Source of the DNA: Octopus sinensis
Taxonomy: Eukaryota
NCBI RefSeq assembly: GCF_006345805.1
Contig: NC_043007.1
Location: 28,954,001 to 29,018,000 of the forward strand
Length of the DNA: 64,000 bases
Direction of reading: 5' to 3'
Shown: positions 1-13,144 of the stretch, one piece after another
Position numbering within the stretch: position 1 is the stretch's first letter
Layout of the letters: each line of letters opens with the position of its first letter
The notes under the pieces: model-generated
The model's input: the letters and a program-made list of their open reading frames with translations, nothing else
Told to the model about the DNA's origin: nothing
Database searches by the model: none
Program-made: the position numbers and the translations under genes

Positions 1-179
1 GTAGCTATATATACTATATGAAATATACTGCATCATTTATGGACAGTGTTCCGGCTTTATACATCAGTTACCAACTATATGACACAATATATCATCTATA
101 CACACAGTATTACATCAGTCATATACACACACACAAAAAGAAGCACATTCAACTAAAGGGCAAAGAAGGAATCACTGGT

Positions 180-530
180 TCATAGGTTTGCTGTGTCATC
201 TCAATGTCATTTCTATCCTCTACTACAATGGTCTATGCTCCACTAAATTAATTACCCAATATATAATCATTCATTAGATACATTCAGATCTCCGAGCCCC
301 ATCACTTCATGAAACACAATATCATTCCTTCCCAGAACTACTTTGCCAGCAGCAGACATCAACACCTAAACCTTGTGACATTGTTAATTACCAGCATGAA
401 AGGAGAGCCTAAAAAGGTTAGTGCTACTCCTTCTCTTACAAATTAAGAATATCCCAGATAGAGATTTATACTGTAAACTTATTTTTTACATCAGTCAGTT
501 TACAATCTTGAGCTTGTAGTAAATGTTATG
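180..530 (+). mobile_element. possible highly degraded Helitron helicase C-terminal fragment
   Basis: Broken frames give FLPRTTL (Helitron-like FLPRI.L), C*LP and a weak IFYISQF match to VFSHGQLY, in the expected order; many stops and frameshifts. Confidence 0.25.
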
Positions 531-1908
531 ATTACTGGACAACATCAAAATAGATCAAAGTAATCTCTCTTGGTGAAATAATTGAAGTTCACTATGTAGT
601 TCACTGACTTAGTTTCATTCACATTCCATTCCTCTCTATCTCCTGTTAGGCACAACTTTCCAACTACACATCAGTACCACAATATTTTCAATATGCATAA
701 CATTTAGGTAAGCTATTCTAACCAAGAAACTGTAACTTACAGCATCACACACAACATCCACGTAGTCTCCATATAAGCAATCCGTCTGCACTATGAAAAT
801 CAAGTCACGTAGGAAATTCTGTTCTTCAAAAGCTGTGGTATTAGCCTGACACTCATTACACTGGAGGATATCCACAAAAACCATATGGAGATTATCAGTA
901 ATGCCTACCAAAATTCAATAAAAATTTGTATTCCTTTAGGTCTAGGGAGAGAGCAACTCCACTTCAGTGATTTGTTTTAGGGAACTTCAGAGACACAAGG
1001 ACGCAATCAAGATACTATGAATTAATATGTATATGAGTGTGTGTATATGTATGTGTGAGTATGTGCATGTGTGTGTATGTCTGTGTGTGTGAGTGGACAG
1101 TTTTTGATTCAAGCAACAATTGCTCAGAGTCATCTACACATATAAAACATCCAATTTTTTTAGATATTTGCTATGAGTGATGTTTACCTGAAAGTAACTC
1201 ATAATAAAACCCTTTTTAATAAATTTGATTGCCTTTAGGCCAGGCAGATCAATAGGGGCAAATTGTTACAAGCAAAACACACACACATATCAGTCGTGAA
1301 ACATCAAAATTACTGACAAACTTCTCTCTGTAAACAAACAAATGCTATATTTTGCATCTATGTATTGTATTGCTTTTTCAATAAATGTTTGAATGCTTTT
1401 ATGTATGATTATACATAAAACCCACACATTAATGTATATCATCATCACCATCATCATTACCACCAGTCGTTTTCACATCTACTTTTCTGTGCCTTCATGA
1501 ATCAAGAAAAATTTCATGAGACAGATTTGCTACAGCTTTCCTGTTTCAAATTAGCATGTGATCTCTTATGATAAAAGGCAGATTTTCTCTGCCTGTTCCC
1601 ATGTTCCTTTTTAATACAATTCTACAATATAGAATTTCTTCAATTGGAATTTACCTATGATTTTTCGAAGTAGATTCGATTGGGTCATGGCATATAAAGT
1701 TTTTTCAATTTGACCCCCAATTAAGCAAAAATTCGAGAAAACTCAATATTTTCCGATTTGCCTCTCTCATTTCAAGTGGTTTACTCCTGCTATTACCACC
1801 ACACTTTCTCCTACTTTCTCTTTGCAAGTGTGAAACTATTAAAGTGAAAGTATTATATAACAGGGACGAGCCATTAACATTAAATATTGACATACTTGAC
1901 ATTAAGCC

Positions 1909-2315
1909 TCTCTCTTTCTCTTTTACTTGTTTCAGTCATTTGACTGTGGCCATGCTGGAGCACCGCCTTTAGTCGAGCAAATCGACCCCGGGACTTATTC
2001 TTTGTAAGCCCAGTACTTATTCTATCGGTCTCTTTTGCCGAACCGCTAAGTGACGGGGACGTAAACACACCAGCATCGGTTGTCAAGCAATGCTAGGGGG
2101 ACAAACATACACACAAACACACACACATATATATATATATATACATATATACGATAGGCTTCTTTCAGTTTCCGTCTACCAAATCCACTCACAAGGCATT
2201 GGTCGGCCCAGGGCTATAGCAGAAGACACTTGCCCAAGATGCCATGCAGTGGGACTGAACCCGGAACCATGTGGTTGGTTAGCAAGCTACTTACCACACA
2301 GCCACTCCTGCGCCT
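1909..2315 (-). mobile_element. tRNA-derived SINE (head type A) with internal CA/TA microsatellite and GA-rich tail
   Basis: Minus strand starts aggcgcaggagtggctgtgtggtaag...ggttccgggttcagtccc (A/B-box-like), then a CORE-like cttgggcaagtg motif; the same head recurs at 22063, 23275, 32340, 42210. Confidence 0.75.
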
Positions 2316-2528
2316 TTGAACATTTTTCTCATCCTTTTTCTCTTTCACTCTCGCTCTCTCTCTCTCTCTCTCTGTCCACCCCATGAGGAAATGGGAAAAA
2401 TGGACTTTAAAAAAAAATGAAAAAGAAGTCCATAGCACTTCAACCCAAGGCCATTTTTCTGTTGTTAATTGTGCAGCTGTTAATTGTGTTTGCACTTCTC
2501 TGCATTTATTGTGTAAGTGTTGCAATTA

Positions 2529-2565
<37 letters not shown>

Positions 2566-3024
2566 GTTATTAATTGTAGAATTGCTGTGCATGTGATTCT
2601 AAAGTTGCCTTTAATGGTGTTTGCAATTCAGTTGAGGGCAAATAGGGGGGGGGGGAAATAAAACAATAAAACTCTCACCGAATGCTGTTCCTTGTGAGCT
2701 GTGAAACTTTATTTTGAAAAGAAAAAAGAGTAAAATGTTAACATCCTGTCCCATTCGAGATCTGCGCTTTCATCAGCCATTTTGATATCCAGCCAAATCT
2801 TGGTTTGTAGTCGGATCTGATTGAATGTAAAATAAGAGTTGGTTCACTCAACTAGTAAGAAACCCTGAGTATCAGTATGGCAACATGGCTGTAATTTTCA
2901 CAATAAATAATAATTTATACTCCATCTCCTGGCATTAAGTACTCTTTACTTTGTTCATCATCACTCTGTGTGTGTGCATGTGTGTCTATCCAACAGGGGG
3001 CCTTTTGCTATCCAAAAGGTCCAT

Positions 3025-3500
3025 TTTGCCTTTCATCCTTTCAAGATCAATAAAATAAGTACCAGTTGAGCACTGGGGAGTACTATAATTGCATAACACC
3101 CCACCCCCCAAAAAATTGCTGGCCTTGCGTGAAAATTAGAAAGTATTATTTTGGATAACTCTGTGTTAGACTTGTATTTAAGCTTGTAGGTGTCGACTCT
3201 CATGTAAAAAAAAAAGACGAACTTCATACATATTGAAGTATAATTATTCTGGTTTTATAGATATTTGATAAATATATATGGAGACGAATCGGTATTTCGT
3301 TAGGATCATTTATTATTAGGATTGACAGAATTGGTAAGGCGTTGGGTAAGACGTCCTCTGCTGTTTCCTTTCAGTCATACATTCTGAGTTCAAATCCTGC
3401 TGAGTACAACTTTGCCATCACTTCCCCAGGGTTGCAAATAAAGTACCAGTCAAATCAAATATGGGGGTGGGGGTCAGTATAATCAAAATGATTGGCCTTG
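3025..3500 (+). mobile_element. two partial type-D SINE copies
   Basis: tttcatccttt..gatcaataaaataagtaccag core at ~3030 and ctgagttcaaatcctgctgag..aaagtaccag at ~3385 match copies at 23488, 29245, 34850, 54515, 60825. Confidence 0.6.
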
Positions 3501-4384
3501 AGTCTAAGTCAGGATGGTGGGGCAGGGGAAAAAATGGCCAGGGGCATTTATTTATCAGTCTCTACATACTGAGATCTACAAACTGAGACACACTTCTCTT
3601 TTCAGCATCCATCTACTTTCACTCTCGCCTTCCTCCCTTCATAGTCACCCCAACTCTTTCTAAAAAGCTACTCTTATATTCTTATCGTTCTATTTATAAA
3701 ACATTAGGCTTTTTTTTTTTGGCCTGGAGCTTCTCTAGTGTAAAGATAAGGACAACCACACACACACGTGTGTACATACACACAACATGTGTATATATCA
3801 AAAAATATACATATATATATATGCATACGTGTACACAAACATGGCAAATGTTCCATCTTCACGAACGATTGCTGTCTCCTTGTATTTCCTCATTATCAAT
3901 GGCATTTTTGATGTTCCATCCATGACTTCTTGGAAGACTATTCGGTCCTGCTGCAGTCTGAATGGTTTCAAGCACAGCTGAGAGACAAAGGTTTTTAACT
4001 TGCTGTGCACTTCCAACTGGTTAGGTCTACACGTGTCACCACTCATCCATCACCCATAGACTTTCAGTAAATGGGAGAATAAATGAGGTCACCATAAAGA
4101 GACATCTGTACGTCATTGGATTATAGTGATATGTGCCTGTATAACATGAGAACCACTCTCTGAGTTCCTATCCCCAGGGTTTGGTGCTCTGATTCAGGAG
4201 TCGCAGGGTTCTGAGTGGTGTGGAACCACTTCTTGGCTACTATTGTTGCCACGACTCACTCTGACCTAAAGTAGTTAGGGTTCCAGTGATGGTTTCACTA
4301 GCATACATGATGACAACTCCTCTGAGCATGTGCATGCTGAGACACCCTTCGTTGGTGTCAGGATATGCAGTAAAACTTGCAGAA

Positions 4385-5192
4385 TAAAGTTGGTACAAGT
4401 TATGCAATTAGAGCAGCCACAGCTTTTACCTGTTGGAATTGAGTCTGCAGTTGGTGGTTTTGCACAGGTAAGTAGGTTTTTTTAGGGATATTGGTTGTCT
4501 TTTGCATTTGATTATTTTGTATGATTCAGGTGCTTTTTCATTCATGGGTCTTGGCTCAATAATAATATTTTCTGATGGATAATGTTGAATATTTCAGTGT
4601 TTCTTGGGTTGTGTGTTGTAATTAAAGATAGTGTTTTGGGGTGTATTTGAACCGTTTTTGGCTTTTCATAATTCTTCAAAGTATTTTGCTTTGGTGCCTT
4701 CTGTTTCTTTTTCTATTAGAGTAGATGGCTACTTTTTTCAAGTAGTGCCTGTTTTAATTCTAGGAGTCTTTTATTCTGAATTTCAGGATTGGAGACAATT
4801 GTTCAGAGTCTTCTGGTTAAGTTAAATGGAATATTTGTTCTGATATGTTTTGGGAAGCATGAAATAAACAGCAGGTACTGTTTAGTGTCCATTGGTTTGT
4901 AGTGGATGTCATTTCCTAAGTTCGTGACATTCTTTAACATCAAAACGTCTAGGAAGGGTAGTTGGTTTTGGCTACATTCCATTGTGAAGTGAATTTTGTT
5001 ATTGATGTTACTGAGTAGAGATTTTAAATTATTGAGTTCATCTAGATGTTCACAGAATGAGGTAGTCATCTAAGTATCATTTCCAATTTTCCACCAGATA
5101 TATTTGAAAGTTGATGCCATACTTTGTTTTGGCTTGTTCATACAGTTGGACTTTTAGTTATGCCATGTCTAAGTTGGCATATGTTGGCATTC
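4385..5192 (-). mobile_element. Penelope-like retroelement fragment (RT core, thumb, linker)
   Basis: Minus strand encodes M.TYANL, WK*YLDD (YLDD at 5065-5076), IHFTMECSQNQLPFLDVLM..IHYKPMDTKQYLLF.SC.PKH...NIPFNL.RR and a C.CSNC.TC linker; multiple stops. Confidence 0.8.
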
Positions 5193-5619
5193 ACACATCC
5201 CACCATCTCAACAATACTTCAAAATATGTTCCACCACTTTGCTTTTTCAGCATTACACCATTGTGTGTGTGTGTGTGTGTGTGTGTGATCATAACTTCAC
5301 ATGAGTTGGATGATGCAACAGGATCCAGTAAGTTGGACGACCAGTACTTCTGGTACAGTCTATGGAATTTCTACCAACACCTTTTCTCCATATCAAACAG
5401 CCATTTTCCTGAAGGGATTAGCATTCTGGTCTCTGTTATTGCCAGGAGGAATATGATTGGATACAAGCCACCTGAGAACCAAGAACTGGTAAACCCATGA
5501 CTGCACACCAAATGTGTTGTTCTACTCGTTGCTAACTCACAGCTTGCTTAAAGCACCCCTGTACATGACATGAATGGCTTTCATTAGCCTTTCATTTACT
5601 CTTGGCGACCATATATATC

Positions 5620-5830
5620 ATTTTAAGGGGCAACCAATTCATTGAGGCAGGTTTTCTACAAATGGATGCCCTTCTTGTCACAACCTTCAACTGTTTCCAA
5701 GCAAAGTGATATTTCTCCATTGCCAGACAAGTTTTCACAGAAGACTGCAAATAGACACACTTTACAAGATGGTGACACTTGTTTACAACTATCGTACAAT
5801 GTCATGACGCATACACACACACACACACAC
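5620..5830 (-). mobile_element. SINE body with RTE-type tail (type E), partial
   Basis: ggatgcccttcttgtcacaacc..tttccaagcaaagtgatatttctccattgccagac..ggtgacacttgtttacaactatc matches 31680-31975 and 43650-43915. Confidence 0.6.
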
Positions 5831-5897
5831 ATGTATATGTAATGATACTTTTATAAGAAGGTTGATGATGACTTCAAAGCTTCAGCCTGCTAACCTT

Positions 5898-5939
5898 CAG
5901 TCTGATGAAGGCTAACAAGTCTAAACTTCAAAATCACTG
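5898..5939 (+). ncRNA. degenerate type I hammerhead-ribozyme-like motif
   Basis: cagt-CTGATGA-aggct aac aagtct-AAAC ttcaaa ATC-actg: stem I cagt/actg and the CUGAUGA core are intact; GAAAC and GUC are each one substitution from consensus. Confidence 0.35.
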
Positions 5940-6049
5940 TCACCCCACTTCTCATAAAAGAATGTATTGAGCAATTCTTCAGTTTAATGTTAAATTACTT
6001 TTATGTGTAATTTTACATGAAAACAAACATTAATATAAATTGTTGATGT

Positions 6050-6170
6050 TAAGAGGAGAAGATGGCATGGTGGGCGAGATGCTCAGCATTTCAATTGTCT
6101 CTACATTCTGAGTTCAAATTCTGCTGATGTCAGCTTTGCCTTTCATCCTTTGGGGACAATATCAATGCTT
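6050..6170 (+). mobile_element. partial type-D SINE
   Basis: ctacattctgagttcaaattctgctgatgtcagctttgcctttcatcctttgggg matches the type-D core. Confidence 0.6.
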
Positions 6171-6742
6171 CATTAACTTTCACATAAGTATAATCAATCT
6201 ATATCCCAATTTTGGTAATGATGGGTTCCATGGAAGGAATTTCAGACAAAGCTGAACTTTCTGCATTCCTATGCATGTGCCAATAACTTTGAAACCTCTC
6301 CTACCCCATTCGTTAATATACCAAATTCTGTTCCACAATGGTGACATACAATTAATCTGGGTTACACACTCTTGAAGTAACACAGTTTATAAAATATAAT
6401 CTTAAAATAATTTATTTAGGTTTTCTTTGAACTTGGAGAAATTTTTGACAAAATTTCCAGTCTGAGTCCACAAGGAGAATCTTGGACTTTGCTGCCAGTC
6501 TTGTTGAATAATGACAATGAAAAAAGCTGTTTGTGTATTTGTCTGGTTTCTTGAATGAAGCTGCAGGATAGTGAAATTTAATAATGAAGCTAAGATTTCT
6601 TAAATTGTTGATTAAAAGCCAGGACCTGGTTTCTGTCAAACTAAGAAGAATGGGGGTTACTTTTAAGTATCTGATTAGAGTTTTAGGCTGTTTCTCATTG
6701 TTGCCTAAGAAACTTGCCTCATCTCTGTTTTACTTTTTCTAC

Positions 6743-8760
6743 TCCCATTCATGCACTCACTCACTCTCCCACTCACTCATTCACCCACTCAGAATCCCCA
6801 TTCACGCACTCACTCATTCTCCCACTCACTCATTCACCCACTCAGAATCCCCATTCACACACTCACTCACTCTCCCACTGACTCATTCACCCACTCAGAA
6901 TCCCCATTCACGCACTCACTTACTCTCCCACTCACTCATTCACCCACTCAGAATTCCCATTCACACACTCACTCACTCTCCCACTCACTCATTCACCCAC
7001 TCAGAATCCCCATTCACGCACTCACTCATTCACCCACTCAGAATCCCCATTCACGCACTCACTCATTCACCCACTCAGAATCCCCATTCACACACTCACT
7101 CACTCTCCCACTCACTCATTCACCCACTCAGAATCCCCATTCACGTACTCACTCACTCTCCCACTCACTCATTCACCCACTCAGAATCCCCATTCACACA
7201 CTCACTCACTCTCCCACTGACTCATTCACCCACTCAGAATCCCCATTCACGCACTCACTCACTCTCCCACTCACTCATTCACCCACTCAGAATCCCCATT
7301 CACGCACTCACTCATTCACCCACTCAGAATCCCCATTCACGCACTCACTCACTCTCCCACTCACTCATTCACCCACTCAGAATCCCCATTCACGCACTCA
7401 CTCATTCACCCACTCAGAATCCCCATTCACACACTCACTCACTCTCCCACTCACTCATTCACCCACTCAGAATCCCCATTCACACACTCACTCACTCTCT
7501 CACTCACTCATTCACCCACTCAGAATCCCCATTCACACACTCACTCACTCTCCCACTCACTCATTCACCCACTCAGAATCCCCATTCACACACTCACTCA
7601 CTCTCCCACTCACTCATTCACCCACTCAGAATCCCCATTCACGCACTCACTCATTCACCCACTCAGAATCCCCATTCACGCACTCACTCACTCCCACTCA
7701 CTCATTCACCCACTCAGAATCCCCATTCACGCACTCACTCATTCACCCACTCAGAATCCCCATTCACACACTCACTCACTCTCCCACTCACTCATTCACC
7801 ACTCAGAATCCCCATTCACACACTCACTCACTCTCTCACTCACTCATTCACCCACTCAGAATCCCCATTCACACACTCACTCACTCTCCCACTCACTCAT
7901 TCACCCACTCAGAATCCCCATTCACACACTCACTCACTCTCCCACTCACTCATTCACCCACTCAGAATCCCCATTCATGCACTCACTCACTCTCCCACTC
8001 ACTCATTCACCCACTCAGAATCCCCATTCACGCACTCACTCATTCACCCACTCAGAATCCCCATTCACGCACTCACTCATTCACCCACTCAGAATCCCCA
8101 TTCACACACTCACTCACTCTCCCACTCACTCATTCACCCACTCAGAATCCCCATTCACACACTCACTCACTCTCCCACTCACTCATTCACCCACTCAGAA
8201 TCCCCATTCATGCACTCACTCACTCTCCCACTCACTCATTCACCCACTCAGAATCCCCATTCACGCACTCACTCATTCACCCACTCAGAATCCCCATTCA
8301 ACACACTCACTCACTCTCCCACTCACTCATTCACCCACTCAGAATCCCCATTCACGCACTCACTCATTCACCCACTCAGAATCCCCATTCACACACTCAC
8401 TCACTCTCCCACTCACTCATTCACCCACTCAGAATCCCCATTCACACACTCACTCACTCTCCCACTCACTCATTCACCCACTCAGAATCCCCATTCACGC
8501 ACTCACTCACTCTCCCACTCACTCATTCACCCACTCAGAATCCCCATTCACGCACTCACTCATTCACCCACTCAGAATCCCCATTCACACACTCACTCAC
8601 TCTCCCACTCACTCATTCACCCACTCAGAATCCCCATTCACGTACTCACTCACTCTCCCACTCACTCATTCACCCACTCAGAATCCCCATTCACACACTC
8701 ACTCACTCTCCCACTCAGAATCCCCATTCATGCACTCACTCACCCAACCACCCACTCAAT
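6743..8760. repeat. ~2-kb minisatellite of interleaved 53-bp and 37-bp units
   Basis: Unit cactcactcactctcc(+/-)cactcactcattcacccactcagaatccccattca(c/t)(a/g). The agaat marker falls at 6791, 6844, 6897, 6950, 7003 (53 bp apart), then 7040, 7077 (37 bp apart); about 40 units. Confidence 0.97.
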
Positions 8761-9332
8761 GCATTCACTTTGTCTTTATTGCTTGACAACCTCCTAAACT
8801 ATATCCAGACTATTTCCTTAGCAAGAAATTGATCAAAACCATATTGCTAATTCTTATGAAGATAATAATGCCTAGCATATTAGATTCCTCACATAATTTC
8901 AGTCCAGTTTCACAAGTCATTGATCCTAAACTTTTGAAAAAAACAAACTTGAAGGGCCATTTATTGCCAAATAGTTAAAGGAAGTTCATTAAGGTCTTTG
9001 AGTTGCTTTTAAACATGGTTCATCCCCACCAAAATTTCATTCAAATATTCCTAGACCAAGAAATTAAAAATAAAAGTTGGTTCAACACCTGTCTTATCTC
9101 TTGTAACAAGATCTTTGTTCTAACAACCATGGCATCAAAGTTTTTGGAAATAAGTTTCAAATCCAGATTTAACAACAATTAATTATATATTATTTTCAGC
9201 ATTTGCTAACGATATTCATACAGCAGAGAAACAGTCAATAAAGCAACCAAATTGCTTCCCCCACCAAAATAAAAAGTACATTGCTATTGTATGCATTCAC
9301 CAGTTGTTGATACAACAGAAAAATTATCTGAT

Positions 9333-9512
9333 ATCATCATCGTTTAACATCCGCTTTCCATGCTAGCATGGGTTGAACAAATGACTGAGGGCTGGCGAAC
9401 CAGATGGCTGCACCAGGCTTCAATCTTGATCTGGCAGAGTTTCTACAGCTGGATGCCCTTTCTAATACCAACCACTCCGAGAGTGTAGTGGGTGCTTTTT
9501 ACATGCCACCAG
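9333..9512 (-). mobile_element. RTE-LINE 3' tail copy (family B)
   Basis: (cat)n cgtttaacatccgctttccatgctagcatgggttg..ggatgcccttt..accactccgagagtgtagtgggtgc; the same tail is attached to RTE ORF ends at 20524 and 38395. Confidence 0.85.
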
Positions 9513-9514
9513 TA

Positions 9515-10160
9515 TTGGGTTGGCAAGAAAGTAATTTCATTGCCATTTTTTTTAATGATTTTGTTCCTTTTGACATTTGATAGCCGTTACTTTTAGCTTA
9601 CTTTAGAAGCAAATTGTGTGTAAATTTGTTTACAGCTGTTAATTCAGTGTCAGTTTTAACATGGAGTGCAAAAGGAACCTTTTCGCCATATTTTGCTTTT
9701 TTTATTTCCATAAAGGCAAGAAAGCTGCTGAGGCTCACAAAGTGATATGTGAAGTTTATGGTGTTGATTGCTTAACAGAACGTACATGGTCAGAAATGGT
9801 TTTAAAAATTCTGTTCTGGAGATTTTTCACTCAAAGATGACCTTCGCAAGTTCATGATGAGCAAATCAAAGCCATAATTGAATCTGATTGTCATATAACT
9901 GTGCGAGAGATTGCAGAGAGGTTAAATGTATCACACACAACAACTGAAAATCACTTAAAATGTCTTGAACACATTCAGAAGCTTGATATTTGGATTCCAC
10001 AAGAATTGGAAGAGATTCACTTAACACAACGATATGCATCACAAATGCTAATGAAAAATGGATTGTCTACAATAACACCAATTGAAAATGATCATAGTCC
10101 AAACATAATGAACCAGCACAAAACTACATCAAAAGCTGAATTGCACAAAAAAAAAAACAC
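9515..10160 (+). mobile_element. decayed mariner (Hsmar1/SETMAR-like) transposon, 5' part
   Basis: TA followed by TIR-like ttgggttggcaagaaagtaatt. ATG at 9661 gives MECK..FRHI..FYFHKGKKAAEAHKVICEVYGVDCLTERT; later VREIAERLNVSHTT..KLDIWIPQEL (WVPHEL-like) and a frameshifted DEKW. Rest of the catalytic domain and the right TIR are not clear. Confidence 0.85.
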
Positions 10161-10744
10161 GTAGAGTTTCTGTGGAACTGAAAATCCAGAAAATCTAAGC
10201 AATGAAATTATTTCATGAAGCGTATATAAAAATGTAAAACTAGGAGTTATGAGAAGTGAATGTATATTTATTTGTGTGACTTCAATAAAATTACACCCAT
10301 TTTGCAACCTTCATGTAACATTAATTTTGGTAAGAAAGAAATTATGATTACATGCTTGCATTAATATGTCTGCTCAGTATTATAAAATACAACTGTATAT
10401 TCACAAATTAATGTAAATAAAGACACTGAACTCATCAGATGACTTGAACATCATGGTTACACCAACAATTCAACTTTAAATATACTCACAACATTTCTTC
10501 TTTATAGATAGTGCAACAATATGCAATGATTATCACATAAATTATCAGAACTCACTGGTGAAACCTGTGTAAGATTAATTCAAGAGATAACTAAAGCAGT
10601 TAAAATAATTCTCCTATTTTATTCTCTCATATACATAGGGATACATACATACATACATGCTGCATGTCTAGATATGCAATTATACACATGAGAATACATA
10701 CATAAAACATACAAATCTGCACATACATACATACACACACACTA

Positions 10745-10860
10745 ACAAAAATACTCTGTTGTTGATGTTGAAATTCCGATGAAGAAGCCTTGGATTTAGG
10801 TTAGAAACCGGTTCTTTCTCTATTGGCAAAAGAAATCTTGATATAACTGAATAATGACAT
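10745..10860. repeat. short interspersed repeat end with weak hammerhead-like CCGATGA...GAAACCGGTT
   Basis: aagaaatcttga.ataactga.taatga tail recurs at ~52305; CCGATGA (10776), hairpin agcct/aggtt, GAAAC-CG-GTT (10804). Confidence 0.3.
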
Positions 10861-11779
10861 ACATAAATTGTAGTGGGGTCTTTTAGTGCAACAGAGCATA
10901 AATCAGAAGAACCGAAATAATTTAAACATTAGAAAACCACACTGTGGGTTAAATAACAATGTAAACATAATCTTTCTGTATAAGTGGGATGCAAAAACCG
11001 GAGGGAGTCTCCTGATGGGCCATTTCACAATTTGTTGACTGCTCCTCAGAAAAGACATACCTGTCTTCTTTTAATTTACATTGGGTTCTACATTAAATAG
11101 AATTCATTTGATGAAGAATTGTCAAAAGCACCAAAGATGATGATGGCAGTGGTGGTGATGATGATGATGATGCTGTGGCAGATAAAAAGGAAAATATTCA
11201 GATAATGACATTGGGGTTTGTGATAATGATGATAACTGTGATTGTGGCTATACGACAAGGTTGGTGGCAATGGTGGCTATGATGATGATGACGATTGTTA
11301 AGATGATGGAGATGATGAGGGTAGTGATAAAGTTTGCTGTTTTGGAGCTGAATTTAGAAGAAATATTTGGAAGAGAAATTATTGCCGAATATATCTGCCT
11401 TATGTAATATCAGAATTTTAAATATGAGATTATGTGTGTGCATGTGTGTGTGTGGAAGTGTGTGGAAGTGTGTATGTGCATGCACATGTGTGGGAGTGTG
11501 TAAATGTGGAGGGTGGGAAGCAGTACACATGTAGATATGTTGGTGGCATTGGTGAGGGGCTTGGTGGTAATGGGGATGGTGGGGGTGGTGGCATACACAT
11601 AGTTATATGTATACATACATGCACATATGGTCTACATACACATGCATCCATCAATATGTATATATACACACACACACATCCATACACAATGTTCATACAC
11701 ATACACAAACATACATTCACTCATACCTACACATACCCCCCACACACAAAGTGAAAGGATACCCACATGTAGAAGCTGT

Positions 11780-11786
<7 letters not shown>

Positions 11787-11825
<39 letters not shown>

Positions 11826-12075
11826 AGTGTAAGAAGAGGGAGAGCTGAAAATGAGGGAGGGGACACGTGAATAAATGAAAGAGTAAAAGAGGCAAGAGGG
11901 TAGAGGAGTGATGAGGAGGAGAAGGATGATGTTGAAGTGGAAGGCTGACATCAACCAATGAGAAATCAGTCTGGAAACTGATGAAGGAAAATGTAAATGC
12001 TGGTCCTTCTGCCCCCTCTCTCTCTCTCTTCGTCTCTCTCTCTCTCTTCATCTCTCTCTCTCTTTCTCTCTCCCT
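11787..12075. repeat. (GA)n and (CT)n tracts upstream of the putative first exon
   Basis: Direct reading: (GA)n at 11787-11821 and interrupted (CT)n at ~12015-12075. Confidence 0.9.
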
Positions 12076-12339
12076 CTGTTTAGTTAAGGTTATCATGCAT
12101 AAAGACCTCACATAATAAATAGGAGGGGAAACAAAATAAACAACAAGAAACAAAATAAAAACAAAAAAAGATCTTACAACTGAACTGGAAACTGTAAAAT
12201 AGTAGAGAAGAGGATAGTGAGAGGAGAGTGATGGTGTAAGTGTTGTGGTTGCAGGAGTGAGGGGTGGATGACAAGTGTTTCTTTTCTTTTTTTTTTGGGA
12301 AAGTTAAAGTGTTAAAGTTAAAGAGCCGCTGGTTGTACA

Positions 12340-12722
12340 AGTGGAAGGAAGGAGATTATTACTGGTGAGGAGGGAGACCTGCCTTCTTAGAACAACACAC
12401 ACTTTGGTAATTTACTTCAAGAGCAGCTGGCAGCAGCAGCGGTATATAGTTCTACTTCTACAGCAGTTTGCTTCACACACTACAACAGTTGAGAAAAAAA
12501 AAAAAAAGAGAGAAAAACAGATTCTAAAGGAGAAAAAATGTTTATTTAACAGAAGCAAAATATGTTATTAAAAAAAAATTGAAAAAAAAAAAGGAAAAAG
12601 TTAATTTCATTCTGGGAGAAACTAAGGAAAAAGATTTTTGTGTGTGAATATTTGGTGTTTTATAGAAACTATTCTGTGGATATATAACATGGTTTAATGA
12701 AAGAACCAAACAGGTTGGACAT
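12340..12722 (+). other. putative 5'-UTR exon of the secreted coiled-coil gene (start uncertain)
   Basis: Strong donor CAT|GTAAGA at 12723 and acceptor tttatttctgcAG at 12985-12986 define a 264-bp intron. An alternative donor TTG|GTAATT lies at 12407. No transcript evidence. Confidence 0.4.
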
Positions 12723-13144
12723 GTAAGATTCTTTATCCGTTTATTCTCAACGTTTTTCCTATTGTTTTAAAGTCAGCTCATACAAATTAATAATTATTTA
12801 TACGTTGGTTAATTTTAAAAAAACTTTTCTGCAAATTCTTTTCACAAAATCTCATTCCTTTCATTGACTGACTTTAAATAAAACAAAACAAAAACGAAAC
12901 AAAAAAAAAAAAATAAGCACCCCACTTCCTTCCCCAACCTCATAAATAATAATTATTCTCTGTAATGAAGATGTTTATTTCTGCAGGAGACCATAGTGAT
13001 CTAACAGGTGCTAGTCACACCTAACAGAGTCAGTAACTTTCAGAACAGAATTAAGAAAAAAGAAGACAAGCGATTAGAACGCAAAACAAAACTGGTGACA
13101 CATTGTGAAATCTAAGATTGTTTAATAATTCCTCATCATTCATC

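Noticed and set aside
3798-4046. 82-aa minus ORF in unique-looking DNA
   Set aside because: No recognisable motif in any frame and no supporting splice signals; left unassigned.
6584-8832. 737-, 693- and 269-aa His/Thr/Ser/Pro-rich ORFs
   Set aside because: All three frames are open because the minisatellite unit lacks stop codons. Unit lengths (53, 37) are not multiples of 3, and there is no signal peptide or splice context.
11978-11995. CTGATGA-ag-GAAA as a hammerhead core
   Set aside because: No room for stem II and no supporting stems I or III.
13118-13144. TTG start and MFNNSSSFI extension in the ORF track
   Set aside because: Non-ATG start; ATG 13145 directly opens a clean signal peptide.
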